This document shows positions 47,132 through 55,985 of a stretch of DNA of 64,000 nucleotides, piece after piece (the first letter of the stretch is position 1; each line of letters begins with the position of its first letter). This DNA is from an uncultured delta proteobacterium (GTDB lineage: Bacteria > Desulfobacterota > Desulfobacteria > Desulfobacterales > JAFDCJ01): the NCBI GenBank assembly GCA_963769935.1, contig CAVYNY010000020.1:352001-416000 (forward strand), given 5' to 3'. The notes beneath the pieces are model-generated. The model did not search any database. It saw only the letters and a program-made list of their open reading frames with translations, and was not told the origin of the DNA. The translations under genes were made by a program, and so were the position numbers.

Positions 47132-47779
47132 TCATATCCGGCCGGATTCTTTGAGGGTTTCCTTGTAGACGCGGTAAAACATCTCGGTATCGGTGATGCT
47201 GCGGCTTAATATTTTCCCGATATCATCGATGTTTTTGATATTGACGATTAAATTGACGCTGGCGTTGAAGGCCATCATGTTGTCCATCGTGCGATACCGG
47301 TTGCTGATCATGGCAACGAAAATATCGCGGCGGACCGACATGGCCAGACGTTCCAGGTAGATGAGAACGCCGTTGGACTCCGGGTTTCTGGTGTCAAAGC
47401 TTTCATTGATGACAATCAGATCATAGACATGGTAGCGCATTCTTTTGAGCGCATCCCGTGCGTTTTCCGCAAGTGTGATCTGATAGTCCATCAAATGCAG
47501 GGCATTTTGGATGGTACTGCGGGCCATGGGATTCGATTCACACAGCAGGGCCGTCTGGCCTTCTTCTTCAATAAAATCGAAGGGCTTGTCGGAGGCATCA
47601 TAGCCGCTGTTTTCATTGGATTCTTCGAAGGCAGCAAAACCACCGGCCGATTTTTTCGCAGGGTTTACGGTAATCCGGACTTTGCATTTGGGGCACGGTA
47701 TGTTGGTCACCCGCCCCACGGGAATTTTTTCCTCGGCAATTCTGAACTTGCTTGAGCAATTACTGCAGATGATATCCAT
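47132..47779 (-). CDS. Zinc-ribbon (MJ0042-type) protein with receiver-like C-terminal domain
   Basis: CSNC..CPKC at the N-terminus; ALLCES..AENARDAL..YDLIVINE receiver-like pattern. Confidence 0.8.
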   Translation of the reverse strand: MDIICSNCSSKFRIAEEKIPVGRVTNIPCPKCKVRITVNPAKKSAGGFAAFEESNENSGYDASDKPFDFIEEEGQTALLCESNPMARSTIQNALHLMDYQITLAENARDALKRMRYHVYDLIVINESFDTRNPESNGVLIYLERLAMSVRRDIFVAMISNRYRTMDNMMAFNASVNLIVNIKNIDDIGKILSRSITDTEMFYRVYKETLKESGRI

Positions 47780-47795
47780 TGTTTCAGGCTCCACC

Positions 47796-48962
47796 TTAGA
47801 GCGCTTTACGGTAAGCGCGGTCGATTTCCAGCTTTTCGATATCGGTGGTGGTTTCGCCTCGCGAACTTTTGATGGCATCAATCCCGCGACCCACGATGCC
47901 TCTCTGGGAAGCATACGTCATGGCAGTTTGCTGGGTGATCAGGCCTTCTTCATACAGTCCGATCAGATGTTGATCAAAGGTGACCATTCCGAACGCGTTG
48001 CTGGTCTCCATGATATCGTAAAAAGTTTTTCCTTCGCCTTCACCATGCAAAATGAGATCCTGAACCCGCATGTTGGTCCCCAGGATTTCAAACGTAGCCA
48101 CCCGCCCGCCGCCGATTCTCGGCAACAATCGCTGGCAGACTACCCAGCGCACCGAGTCTGCCAGGCGAATACGTATCTGGCGTTCATCCTCGTTGGGGAA
48201 CATGCCGATGATACGGTTGACGGTTGATCCGGCATCGACGGTATGCAGGGTGGTCAACACCAGATGGCCGGTTTCCGCTGCACTGAGTCCGATTTCGACC
48301 GTTTCCCGGTCACGCATTTCACCCACCAGGATCACCTTGGGCGCCTGACGCAAAGCCGCCCGCAAGCCGTTGGCATAATTGTTGAAGTCAAGCCCCAACT
48401 CGCGCTGGTTAAATGTCGACTTCTTATGGGGATGCTGATATTCCACCGGGTCTTCGAGGGTGATGATGTGAACGGATTTGGATTCGTTAATCTGGTCCAA
48501 AATAGCAGCCAGCGTGGTGGTTTTACCGGAGCCGGTGGCACCGGTGACACATACGAGGCCGTTTATTTCCTTGGCGACCTGGTACATCGCCTTGGGCAGA
48601 CTGCGCTCTTCGATGGTCGGAATTTTAGACTCAAGCTTACGCAATACAATAGAGATGTTGGCACCCTGGGAAAAGATATTGACCCTGAAGCGGGCTTTGC
48701 CCGGTAAACCATAAGACAAGTCGCACGAGCCCTGGGTTAACAGGGCTTCCGTTAGACGACGGTCCTGGTTGATGAGATTCAAAGCCAGAATTTCGGTCTG
48801 GAAAGGCGTGAGCGCCTTAAAACTTGGTTTGATGTCAACGGGGATCAACTCTCCCGCACTTTCAACCTGCATGGGCTTGCCGACCGTAAAGTTCAAGTCG
48901 GAAACATCCCGGTGGTAATCGAGCATTCTGACAAGTATGTGGTCGATTTCCTGCTTTTTCAT
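47796..48962 (-). CDS. Type IV pilus retraction ATPase, PilT/PilU paralog
   Basis: SDL, GATGSGKTTT, TLEDPVE, ALRQAPKVILVGEMRD, AETGHLV. Confidence 0.93.
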   Translation of the reverse strand: MKKQEIDHILVRMLDYHRDVSDLNFTVGKPMQVESAGELIPVDIKPSFKALTPFQTEILALNLINQDRRLTEALLTQGSCDLSYGLPGKARFRVNIFSQGANISIVLRKLESKIPTIEERSLPKAMYQVAKEINGLVCVTGATGSGKTTTLAAILDQINESKSVHIITLEDPVEYQHPHKKSTFNQRELGLDFNNYANGLRAALRQAPKVILVGEMRDRETVEIGLSAAETGHLVLTTLHTVDAGSTVNRIIGMFPNEDERQIRIRLADSVRWVVCQRLLPRIGGGRVATFEILGTNMRVQDLILHGEGEGKTFYDIMETSNAFGMVTFDQHLIGLYEEGLITQQTAMTYASQRGIVGRGIDAIKSSRGETTTDIEKLEIDRAYRKAL

Positions 48963-49118
48963 AATATTACTCTATCGTGGGTGAATTCGTCGATTGAAGC
49001 ATTCGGTAAATTGTCATTTGCTGGACGGCCCAACTGCTTCTTCGGCATTTTATAAAAAAATATAAAGGTCTCCTTTCACACCGGATAAGCCTTCACCGCT
49101 TCAACTATTCAACCAACC

Positions 49119-50201
49119 CTAGGCTTCCGTAAAATCCGTCGGCGGTGATGTCAGCAACGGTCTGAAACGGCCCTTTTCATTTGATTTGGCATACGCTTCC
49201 TCGGCGCTGATCATCCCTTTTTTGTAAAGATCCATGATGGAGTCATCCAGCAGAATCATGCCGTACTTTTTGCCGGTCTGAACCATGGACGGCAGCTGAT
49301 GGGTTTTGCCTTCCCGGATCAGGTTTCTAACCGCCGGATTGGCGATCAGGATTTCCAGCGCCACCACACGGCCCTTGCGGTCGATACGTTTAAAAAGCGT
49401 CTGGGCAATCACGGCTCGCAGGCCATCTGCCAAGGTCGAGCGGATGAGGGGTTGTTCATGGGACGGAAAAACTTCTATCACGCGGTCTACGGTTTTCCAG
49501 GCGCTGGAAGTGTGCAGCGTCGAAAATACCAGGTGTCCGGTGGAGGCCGCTTCCACCGCCAGCGAAATCGTCTCGAGGTCCCGCATTTCTCCGACCAGAA
49601 TGATATCCGGATCCTCACGCAGGGCGCCGCGCAAGGCGGTGGAAAAAGAAGCCGTATGCACGCCGACTTCCCGGTGATTGACAATGCACCCCTGGCTTTG
49701 GTGCACGAATTCGATCGGGTCTTCGACCGTGATGATGTGATCTTTGCGCACCCGGTTGGCCACGTCGACAATTGCGGCCAGGGTAGTGGATTTTCCGCTG
49801 CCGGTGGGGCCGGTAACCAGAACCAGCCCCCGGGGCAGGGCGGCCAGTTTCGACACCACCGGCGGCAGGCCGAGCTGCTCGGCGGTCATGATCGCACTGG
49901 GAATTTCCCTGAAAACGGCGCCGACGCCATTTTTTTGCATAAAAAAATTAGCCCGGTACCTGGCGAGCCCGGGAATTTCGTAGCCGAAATCAACATCTCC
50001 GGTTTCTTCGAATACCTTTATTTTCGTCTCGGGAGCGATTTCGTAGAGCATACTCCGGAGATCATCATTGTCTAAAACCTTATACTTAACCCGTTCAATC
50101 TCTCCGCGGATTCTAAGGGCCGGGGGTAGACCCGCCATCAAGTGTAGATCCGACGCCCCCTGTTCATTCATCAATTTAAAAAATGCATCAATTTTTGCCA
50201 T
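49119..50201 (-). CDS. pilT: Type IV pilus retraction ATPase PilT
   Basis: ASDLHL, GPTGSGKSTT, EDPIEF, LREDPDIILVGEMRD, AVRNLIRE. Confidence 0.95.
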   Translation of the reverse strand: MAKIDAFFKLMNEQGASDLHLMAGLPPALRIRGEIERVKYKVLDNDDLRSMLYEIAPETKIKVFEETGDVDFGYEIPGLARYRANFFMQKNGVGAVFREIPSAIMTAEQLGLPPVVSKLAALPRGLVLVTGPTGSGKSTTLAAIVDVANRVRKDHIITVEDPIEFVHQSQGCIVNHREVGVHTASFSTALRGALREDPDIILVGEMRDLETISLAVEAASTGHLVFSTLHTSSAWKTVDRVIEVFPSHEQPLIRSTLADGLRAVIAQTLFKRIDRKGRVVALEILIANPAVRNLIREGKTHQLPSMVQTGKKYGMILLDDSIMDLYKKGMISAEEAYAKSNEKGRFRPLLTSPPTDFTEA

Positions 50202-50421
50202 TCAAAACTCCCGAATTCACAGAAAGCCGAATTGCATGAATGGTAATCCGTGTTGTTTCAATCATAGCACCGGTCCGGCGAAAAAATAGTATCTAATGTT
50301 GATAAAACCGCATCAAGCGAAGCCGCATGGAAAGCGAGCAAGGCCTGTCCGATCGTCATTTTCTGCAATTTTTTAAATTTGCTTCAGGCGGTCCTGATAC
50401 CCCCCCATGATCCGACGCCGT

Positions 50422-50925
50422 CTAGGTTGCCTGTTTCAAAACTTTTAACTTGGCATCCACCTCATCCATTTCTTTATTGCCTTCTTTGCTGATTTCAAGC
50501 AGCTTGCTGTGGGCCTCGATAATCGAGCTGATCTGCACTTCGATTTGCATGCGCTGTCGCTTCAATTCCGATATATCCTCATGCAATTGGGCCAGCCGAT
50601 TGTGGGCTTTGTTCAGTATTTTTTCGGCTTTGACTTCGGATTCCGCGATAATCAGCTCCGCCGATTTTCGGGCATTATCTTTCATCTGGTCCAGAACTTT
50701 TTGAGAGTTCAGCAGTGCCCGTTTAAAGGTTTCTTCCCGCTTGCGGTATCCCTGGATTTCCAGTTCAAGGCGCCGGACTTCTTCCTGCAGGTCCTTGTGC
50801 GTTCTTTGCATGCCTTCAAAGATGCCCGCCACCTGTTCGAGAAAGGCATCGACTTCCCGGACGTCAAATCCGCGAAATTTGGTTTTAAATTTCTGCTGCT
50901 GTATATCAAGGGGGGTAAGGTTCAT
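50422..50925 (-). CDS. divIVA: DivIVA domain protein
   Basis: LTPLDIQQQKFKTKFRGFDVREVDAFL plus coiled coil. Confidence 0.9.
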   Translation of the reverse strand: MNLTPLDIQQQKFKTKFRGFDVREVDAFLEQVAGIFEGMQRTHKDLQEEVRRLELEIQGYRKREETFKRALLNSQKVLDQMKDNARKSAELIIAESEVKAEKILNKAHNRLAQLHEDISELKRQRMQIEVQISSIIEAHSKLLEISKEGNKEMDEVDAKLKVLKQAT

Positions 50926-50946
50926 TGGGGTTACCTGCCTTTCTGT

Positions 50947-51246
50947 TTAGCGCAACGTTTGAGCAAGTTCATATAGACTTGCCACAACAAATCGTTGCAA
51001 AAAGATGACAGCCAATAGAACAACGATCGGAGAAAAATCGATACCGCCAAAATTAAGCGGGATCCTTTTCCGGATCTGGTAAAGCACAGGCTCGGTTATA
51101 TTGTGAATAAAGCGGACAATTGGATTGTAGGGATCAGGATTTACCCATGAGAGAATGGCGCGGGCGATAACGATCCACATGAAAATGTTAAGCACCCATC
51201 TGAGCACTTCGGCGACGGCGATTAATAAGTTGCTGATGACAAACAT
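50947..51246 (-). CDS. yggT: YggT family membrane protein
   Basis: ILSWVNPDPYNPIV..ITEPVL..IR..GGIDFSPIV. Confidence 0.93.
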   Translation of the reverse strand: MFVISNLLIAVAEVLRWVLNIFMWIVIARAILSWVNPDPYNPIVRFIHNITEPVLYQIRKRIPLNFGGIDFSPIVVLLAVIFLQRFVVASLYELAQTLR

Positions 51247-51701
51247 TTAAGGCTCACCCTTCTTTCTTAACTTATCTTAAAACGCAATGCGAGATGTCAA
51301 TCCGACGACCGTGTAATTAAACTAAATTATATTATCATCGATAAGTCAAGGAATTTCATTAGAAATCAAAGGGTAAGCTTCGTTGATGAATTCGATGTAC
51401 ACCCCGGGATCGCCATGAAACCAATTCCGTTGTCAGCATTTATTCATTTTAGCCTGTTATATTTACCTCCCCATACAGCCTATATCGGCTGGGAAGCTTC
51501 GAAACTTAAACTATATCCAAAATTCTTGATCCAGGGCAGGCCTCTAAATCTGCAGGCAGTCAATGGAAAAAATTATCTTAATGATATCACTTCTTTCGGG
51601 AGAACGCAAATTTCAGGCTTCTAGGCTTATTGGAAGACCGTGTTTGGAAAAAGCGGCACTTGCAGAGGCAGCAAATTTACCGCAAAGTCATTTGAATGGG
51701 A

Positions 51702-51974
51702 TTCAGGTGTCAGCCCCGCCGCCGGCCTGAAGGCGGCCGGTCTGGTCGAAAAAGAAACATAATAGTTCACCGCAGAGCCCGCCGAGAACGCCGAGAAAGA
51801 AAATTATAATTAATCTCCGCGCTCTGTGAGCTCTAACGGCTTGTCGGGTCGTAGCTCGAAGAGCGAAGCCTGAAAGTGGGCGTGATATTAAATCCAACTG
51901 TGTCCGATTTCCAAAAGTTTCTTTTATGATCAGACCGGCCGTTGTTTTGGCCGGCGGCGGCGCTGACACCTGAA
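51702..51974. mobile_element. MITE-like element family C with ~57-bp inverted arms and a nested 9-mer repeat
   Basis: TTCAGGTGTCAGCCCCGCCGCCGGCC..GGCCGGTCTGGTCGAAAAAGAAAC mirrored by GTTTCTTTTATGATCAGACCGGCC..GGCCGGCGGCGGCGCTGACACCTGAA; internal CGCAGAGCC CGCCGAGAA CGCCGAG ... CTCCGCGCTCTGTG. Confidence 0.85.
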
Positions 51975-52040
51975 ACCTTTTAAAGATCAAAGCACTATCC
52001 AACATCGACAACAAATTGTCGATACGGTGCTGCTAAGCGC

Positions 52041-52238
52041 CTACCCGCCTGCAATCATCGGAATCAGAAAGACTTCCGAGTTATCCGGGATGGTTGTCCG
52101 ATCAAAGTCGGGTCTGGAAACATACCGGGTGTTTATACGGATGACGGGGTACGCATGGTCATCTTCTATTTCTTTAAGCAAATCGGTGATGGTCATTCCT
52201 TCATGCCAGGCAACGGTTTTATCCGAAACCTTAATCAC
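52041..52238 (-). CDS. ThiS/MoaD family sulfur carrier
   Basis: 65 aa ubiquitin-like protein ending IAGG; overlaps the AOR stop codon. Confidence 0.88.
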   Translation of the reverse strand: MIKVSDKTVAWHEGMTITDLLKEIEDDHAYPVIRINTRYVSRPDFDRTTIPDNSEVFLIPMIAGG

Positions 52239-54379
52239 GACTGCACTCCGTTGGCTCTGAGAAGGTCCATAACCTCCGGAAAATCAATGCCCAGGCTTTT
52301 AACTTTCTCAGCTGTGGGGATGCCGTCGGCTGTCCAGCCACGACGCTGGTAAACCGCATCTTTGAGTTTTTCATACTGGTCCTGCCGCCGCCGACGTAAA
52401 AGTGCTACTTTTTCAGCAGTGGTTTTACCGGATATATCGACTGCGTATTTTTCCTGCAGCTGGGTGTCGTACCGTTCGGCCCGTGACTCGTATTCCAGCT
52501 CGGTGACCGGTCCCATGGCCCGGTAGGGCAAATCGTCATGTTCCCTGCGGCCAAAGCCCATTTTCAAATTGAAGATCCGCTGGAAATTGTAGACGGCCTC
52601 ACTCATTTTTATCAGGTCATCCGGGGTGGCATGACCGGCCGGTCACCGCACTGAAATATTCGGCATACCAATTTACGTGTTTCATCACTTTGGCCGGCTC
52701 ATGCGTGTCTTGGTTGTCTTCGGGTACGATATCATTCCAGGGGAGTTTGCACAGCCCGCAAAGGCCGAACCAGGTGCGGAACATGGGAAACCAGTGAAGC
52801 GCCTCGGCTTTTTGTTCAAAGCTTGGCATAAAGTTGTGTACCATGTCCAGAAAAATCAGCCAGGCTTCATCATGCTGAGGGCCTTTGAGCGCCAGGCCGT
52901 AGCCGCCTTGCTGGGCCAGGGATTCTTTGGTCATGTATTCCGAAAACTCCAGGCCTTTGGCCTCCATGCCGATATCGGCCATGATGCCCGGATCGGCGCC
53001 AAATTCAGCGGCGAATATTTCCTTCATTCTGCGAACACCCTGACCGACGATGCGGCCGAAGCCTTCCCCGGCGGCCATTTGATGGACGATCTTAAGAGCG
53101 CTAAGACGATTACCGAAACTCAAGTCAATGCCGCCCGTGCGGGTTTCATTGATCAGCCCCAGTTCAAAACATTCCATGGCAAAGGCCAGGACCCGTGCCT
53201 ACCGATATGGTATCAAGTCCGTAGGCATCGCAATAGAAATTAATTTCTATGACGGTGTTCGGATCAAAGATACCCAGATTGGATCCACAACCGGCAATGG
53301 TTTCATATTCGGGTCCATCCACAAAAACTTTGCGGCCTTCAAAAGGTCCGGTCAGCGGCACAAAATCTTTGATCCCGTGTGAGCAGGCCACCGTGCATCC
53401 CATCCAGCAGCCGTCGTAGCCCGGGTCAAAGAGGCAGGCGATAGACCTGCTGACCCAGATTCGGGGCCTGCGGATGCGAGCCGTAGCGGAAATTATGGGT
53501 CGGCAGCAAATCATGATCGTTCATTATGGTGACCAGGTGGCTGGTTCCGATGCGTGACATTTCATTTTGTTTGGGATCCAATTCGACAATTTCCCGGGAA
53601 TATCGTTTGGCAACATCTTTCAGGCCCGCTTTGTCCGACGGGTGGTTTGTATCGGCGGTGACCGTGTCCCAGCGGACCACCAGCGCTTTGATCCCTTTGC
53701 CGGCAAAGACGGTTCCGATGCCGCCGCGGCCGGCCTGTTTGTAGCGGGCGCGCTTGCGCTTGACGTCGTACCAGGTGAAGTTAAGACATCCGATCAAGGT
53801 GTTTTTAGCGCCCGGGCCGGCTGAAACCACGGAGATGCTGCGCGGTTTGCCCGCCGCAAAATGTTCGGTCAGCCGGCGGGACAGATCATAGGCATTTTCA
53901 GGCAGGCCGGCGGCCGCCAATATCTGAACCTGTTGTTCGGTGCCGTCGATGAAGATGACGGTGTCTTCAGATGATTGGCCCTGAATTTCCAGCGCGTCAA
54001 ATCCGGAAAATTTCAGGTACGGCCCGAAATAACCGCCGACATTGGAGTCAATTACAGAGCCTGTCAGCGGTGAGAGCGTGGTGACAATGCTTTTGCCCGA
54101 ACCCGGAAACATGGGGGTCCCTCCCAGCGGACCCGATGCGATGCAAACGGCATTTTGCGGATCATTCCACCGGGTGGTCGGGTCAACGGCATTCCACAGC
54201 AGCCAGAGATCGTAACCTTTGCCGCCGATAAAGACGTCTTTGGTTTTCTGATCGACCGGTTTGACGGCGAGCTCTTGATTGGAAAGGTTTACATACAGGG
54301 TTTGATCGACATATCCTTTGTCGATTTCCGGCCGTTTGTACGCCATGGTTTTTACCACCTTGAATTCATAGTCAGGCAT
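52235..54379 (-). pseudogene. aor: Aldehyde:ferredoxin oxidoreductase (W-pterin AOR family) interrupted by three +1 frameshifts
   Basis: Four consecutive ORF pieces carry AOR motifs: FIGGKG, SPLTG..DSNVGG, AGRGGIG, LPTHNF / CWMGCTVAC, GPEYET, CDAYGLDTIS / KGLE..KGPQH / FNLKMG..DDLP, YQRRGWTADGIP. Deleting one base near each of 53436, 53191 and 52634 gives a 713-aa frame. May be sequencing error. Confidence 0.85.
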
Positions 54380-54435
54380 TTTACCACTCCTTAGAGTCTT
54401 ATTCGTGATTTTTTTGCAGTTTGTGAAATTATATT

Positions 54436-54596
54436 TTTATCATGAAAAAACGAAATCTTAAAAGCACGAAATTTATCTTCTCTGCTTTTCGTATTTTCGC
54501 CTGCCCCGTTATACCTTTTTTTCTCTGTTTAACCGGGGTCCCTTCGTGCTTTCGTGATTAATTTTTCCTTTTTGGTTCCGGCTTGTCGGGGTTAGG
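54436..54596. repeat. Inverted short repeat element (CACGAAA/TTTCGTG family)
   Basis: CATGAAAAAACGAAA..GCACGAAA mirrored by TTTCGTATTTTCG..TTCGTGCTTTCGTGAT, followed by TTGGTTCCGGCTTGTCGGGGTTAGG. Confidence 0.6.
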
Positions 54597-54606
54597 TAAA
54601 TATCGA

Positions 54607-55755
54607 CTATTTAAGTGCTTCTTCTACCTTAAAGTTTCGATATGGTGAAAATTCCTTCATAATAAGCTCGTCGCTTGCGGTTGTCTCGCGGGTGATGATC
54701 CGCGCCGCCAGTTCGCTGACACCTGGGGCCAGCATCAGTCCCTGGCCGCACATGCCGCTGGCGTGCAGGAGTCCCTTGATCTGCTGATTCCAACCAACCA
54801 GGGGAGCGCCGTCCGGGGTGCTCGGATAAAGACCGCGCCAGGTTCTGCGTACCCGCAGATTTTGCAGACGCGGTAGAAGGTGAACCATGCGGGTGCAGAC
54901 CTGGGGCAGAAATACCGACGTTTCGCGTTTGTCCTGACCGATGATCGGCGGATCCGGGGTAATGCAAAAAATGACCTGACCGTGCCGGTTCTGATAAAAG
55001 TAGTAATTCTTGGAACCCGGGGCCGGACGAATATCCACCACCATGCATTTGAAAAACGGCTGCACCGGTTCGGTGACGGCGCCCTCATGGGAATCGGGAA
55101 CAATCGGCAGGTCAACCTTTGCGGATTTACAAAGTTCCGGCGAAAAAGGCCCCGCGGCGTCGACCACCACCCCGGCGCTGTATCGGCCCTTATCCGTGGC
55201 GACGCCGACCACTTTGCCCTTTTCGCACAGGATTCGGTCGACTTTCTCCTTAAAGCGAAACTCAGCTCCCAATTCAAGGGCCCGCCGGTAGAAAGCATTG
55301 ACTGAAAGCAGGGGCGAGATGGAGCCGTCATCCGGTGACACCATTCCACCGCGCAGCCCGTCCGGGTTGATTCCGGGAATAAGCGCCCGGATGGCCTGGG
55401 CGTCGACAAAATCAATATTCAGCCCATATTTCTTCTGCACCGGCAGCAGTCCCTGCAGCATCTGCTCGTCCTGCTGCCGGTATACCGGATAAACATAGCC
55501 GCCTTTAAACCACTCGATATCGTCACCGTGCAGCTGCTGCCAGCCGGAAAAAATTTCAAGCGAGCGCCGGCAGGTGAGTATTTTGCCGGGCGTCGAATGG
55601 GTGGCTCGGATGCCGCCGATGGCATGTTTGTTTTCTCCCTGCCCGGGCGAAGCTTGCATATCGATGACCAGCGGCTTGATGCCCTTTTCTGCCAGCGCCA
55701 TGGCCGTGGGGACCCCGACGGATCCGGCGCCGACAACTATTACGTCATATACCAA
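54607..55755 (-). CDS. DAO-family FAD oxidoreductase (sarcosine oxidase beta / dye-linked proline dehydrogenase beta-like)
   Basis: DVIVVGAGSVG, AIGGIRA, RTWRGLY..TPDGAPLVG, SGMCGQGLMLAPG. Confidence 0.9.
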   Translation of the reverse strand: MVYDVIVVGAGSVGVPTAMALAEKGIKPLVIDMQASPGQGENKHAIGGIRATHSTPGKILTCRRSLEIFSGWQQLHGDDIEWFKGGYVYPVYRQQDEQMLQGLLPVQKKYGLNIDFVDAQAIRALIPGINPDGLRGGMVSPDDGSISPLLSVNAFYRRALELGAEFRFKEKVDRILCEKGKVVGVATDKGRYSAGVVVDAAGPFSPELCKSAKVDLPIVPDSHEGAVTEPVQPFFKCMVVDIRPAPGSKNYYFYQNRHGQVIFCITPDPPIIGQDKRETSVFLPQVCTRMVHLLPRLQNLRVRRTWRGLYPSTPDGAPLVGWNQQIKGLLHASGMCGQGLMLAPGVSELAARIITRETTASDELIMKEFSPYRNFKVEEALK

Positions 55756-55816
55756 ATTAAGCTGTCTCCTTTAATTCTAAATCATCGCAGTTGCTTTAAG
55801 GTGTCCCAAATATAAT

Positions 55817-55940
55817 AAATTCCAAATCACAAATACCAAATAAATAACAATGACCGAAATACCAAATCCCAAGCCGTTTTGGTCATTGATTATTCGAATT
55901 TGAGATTTATTTGGAATTTGGTGCATGGAATTTGAGTTTT
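55817..55940. repeat. Inverted heptamer element, CAAATnn family
   Basis: AAATTCC AAATCAC AAATACC AAAT..CAATGACCGAAAT ... GGTCATTGATTATT..TTTGGAA TTTGGTG CATGGAA TTTG; related to 38531-38669. Confidence 0.85.
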
Positions 55941-55985
55941 AATTAGATGAGCCATTATCAGTGCCATATAAGATGATTTGGTTTT

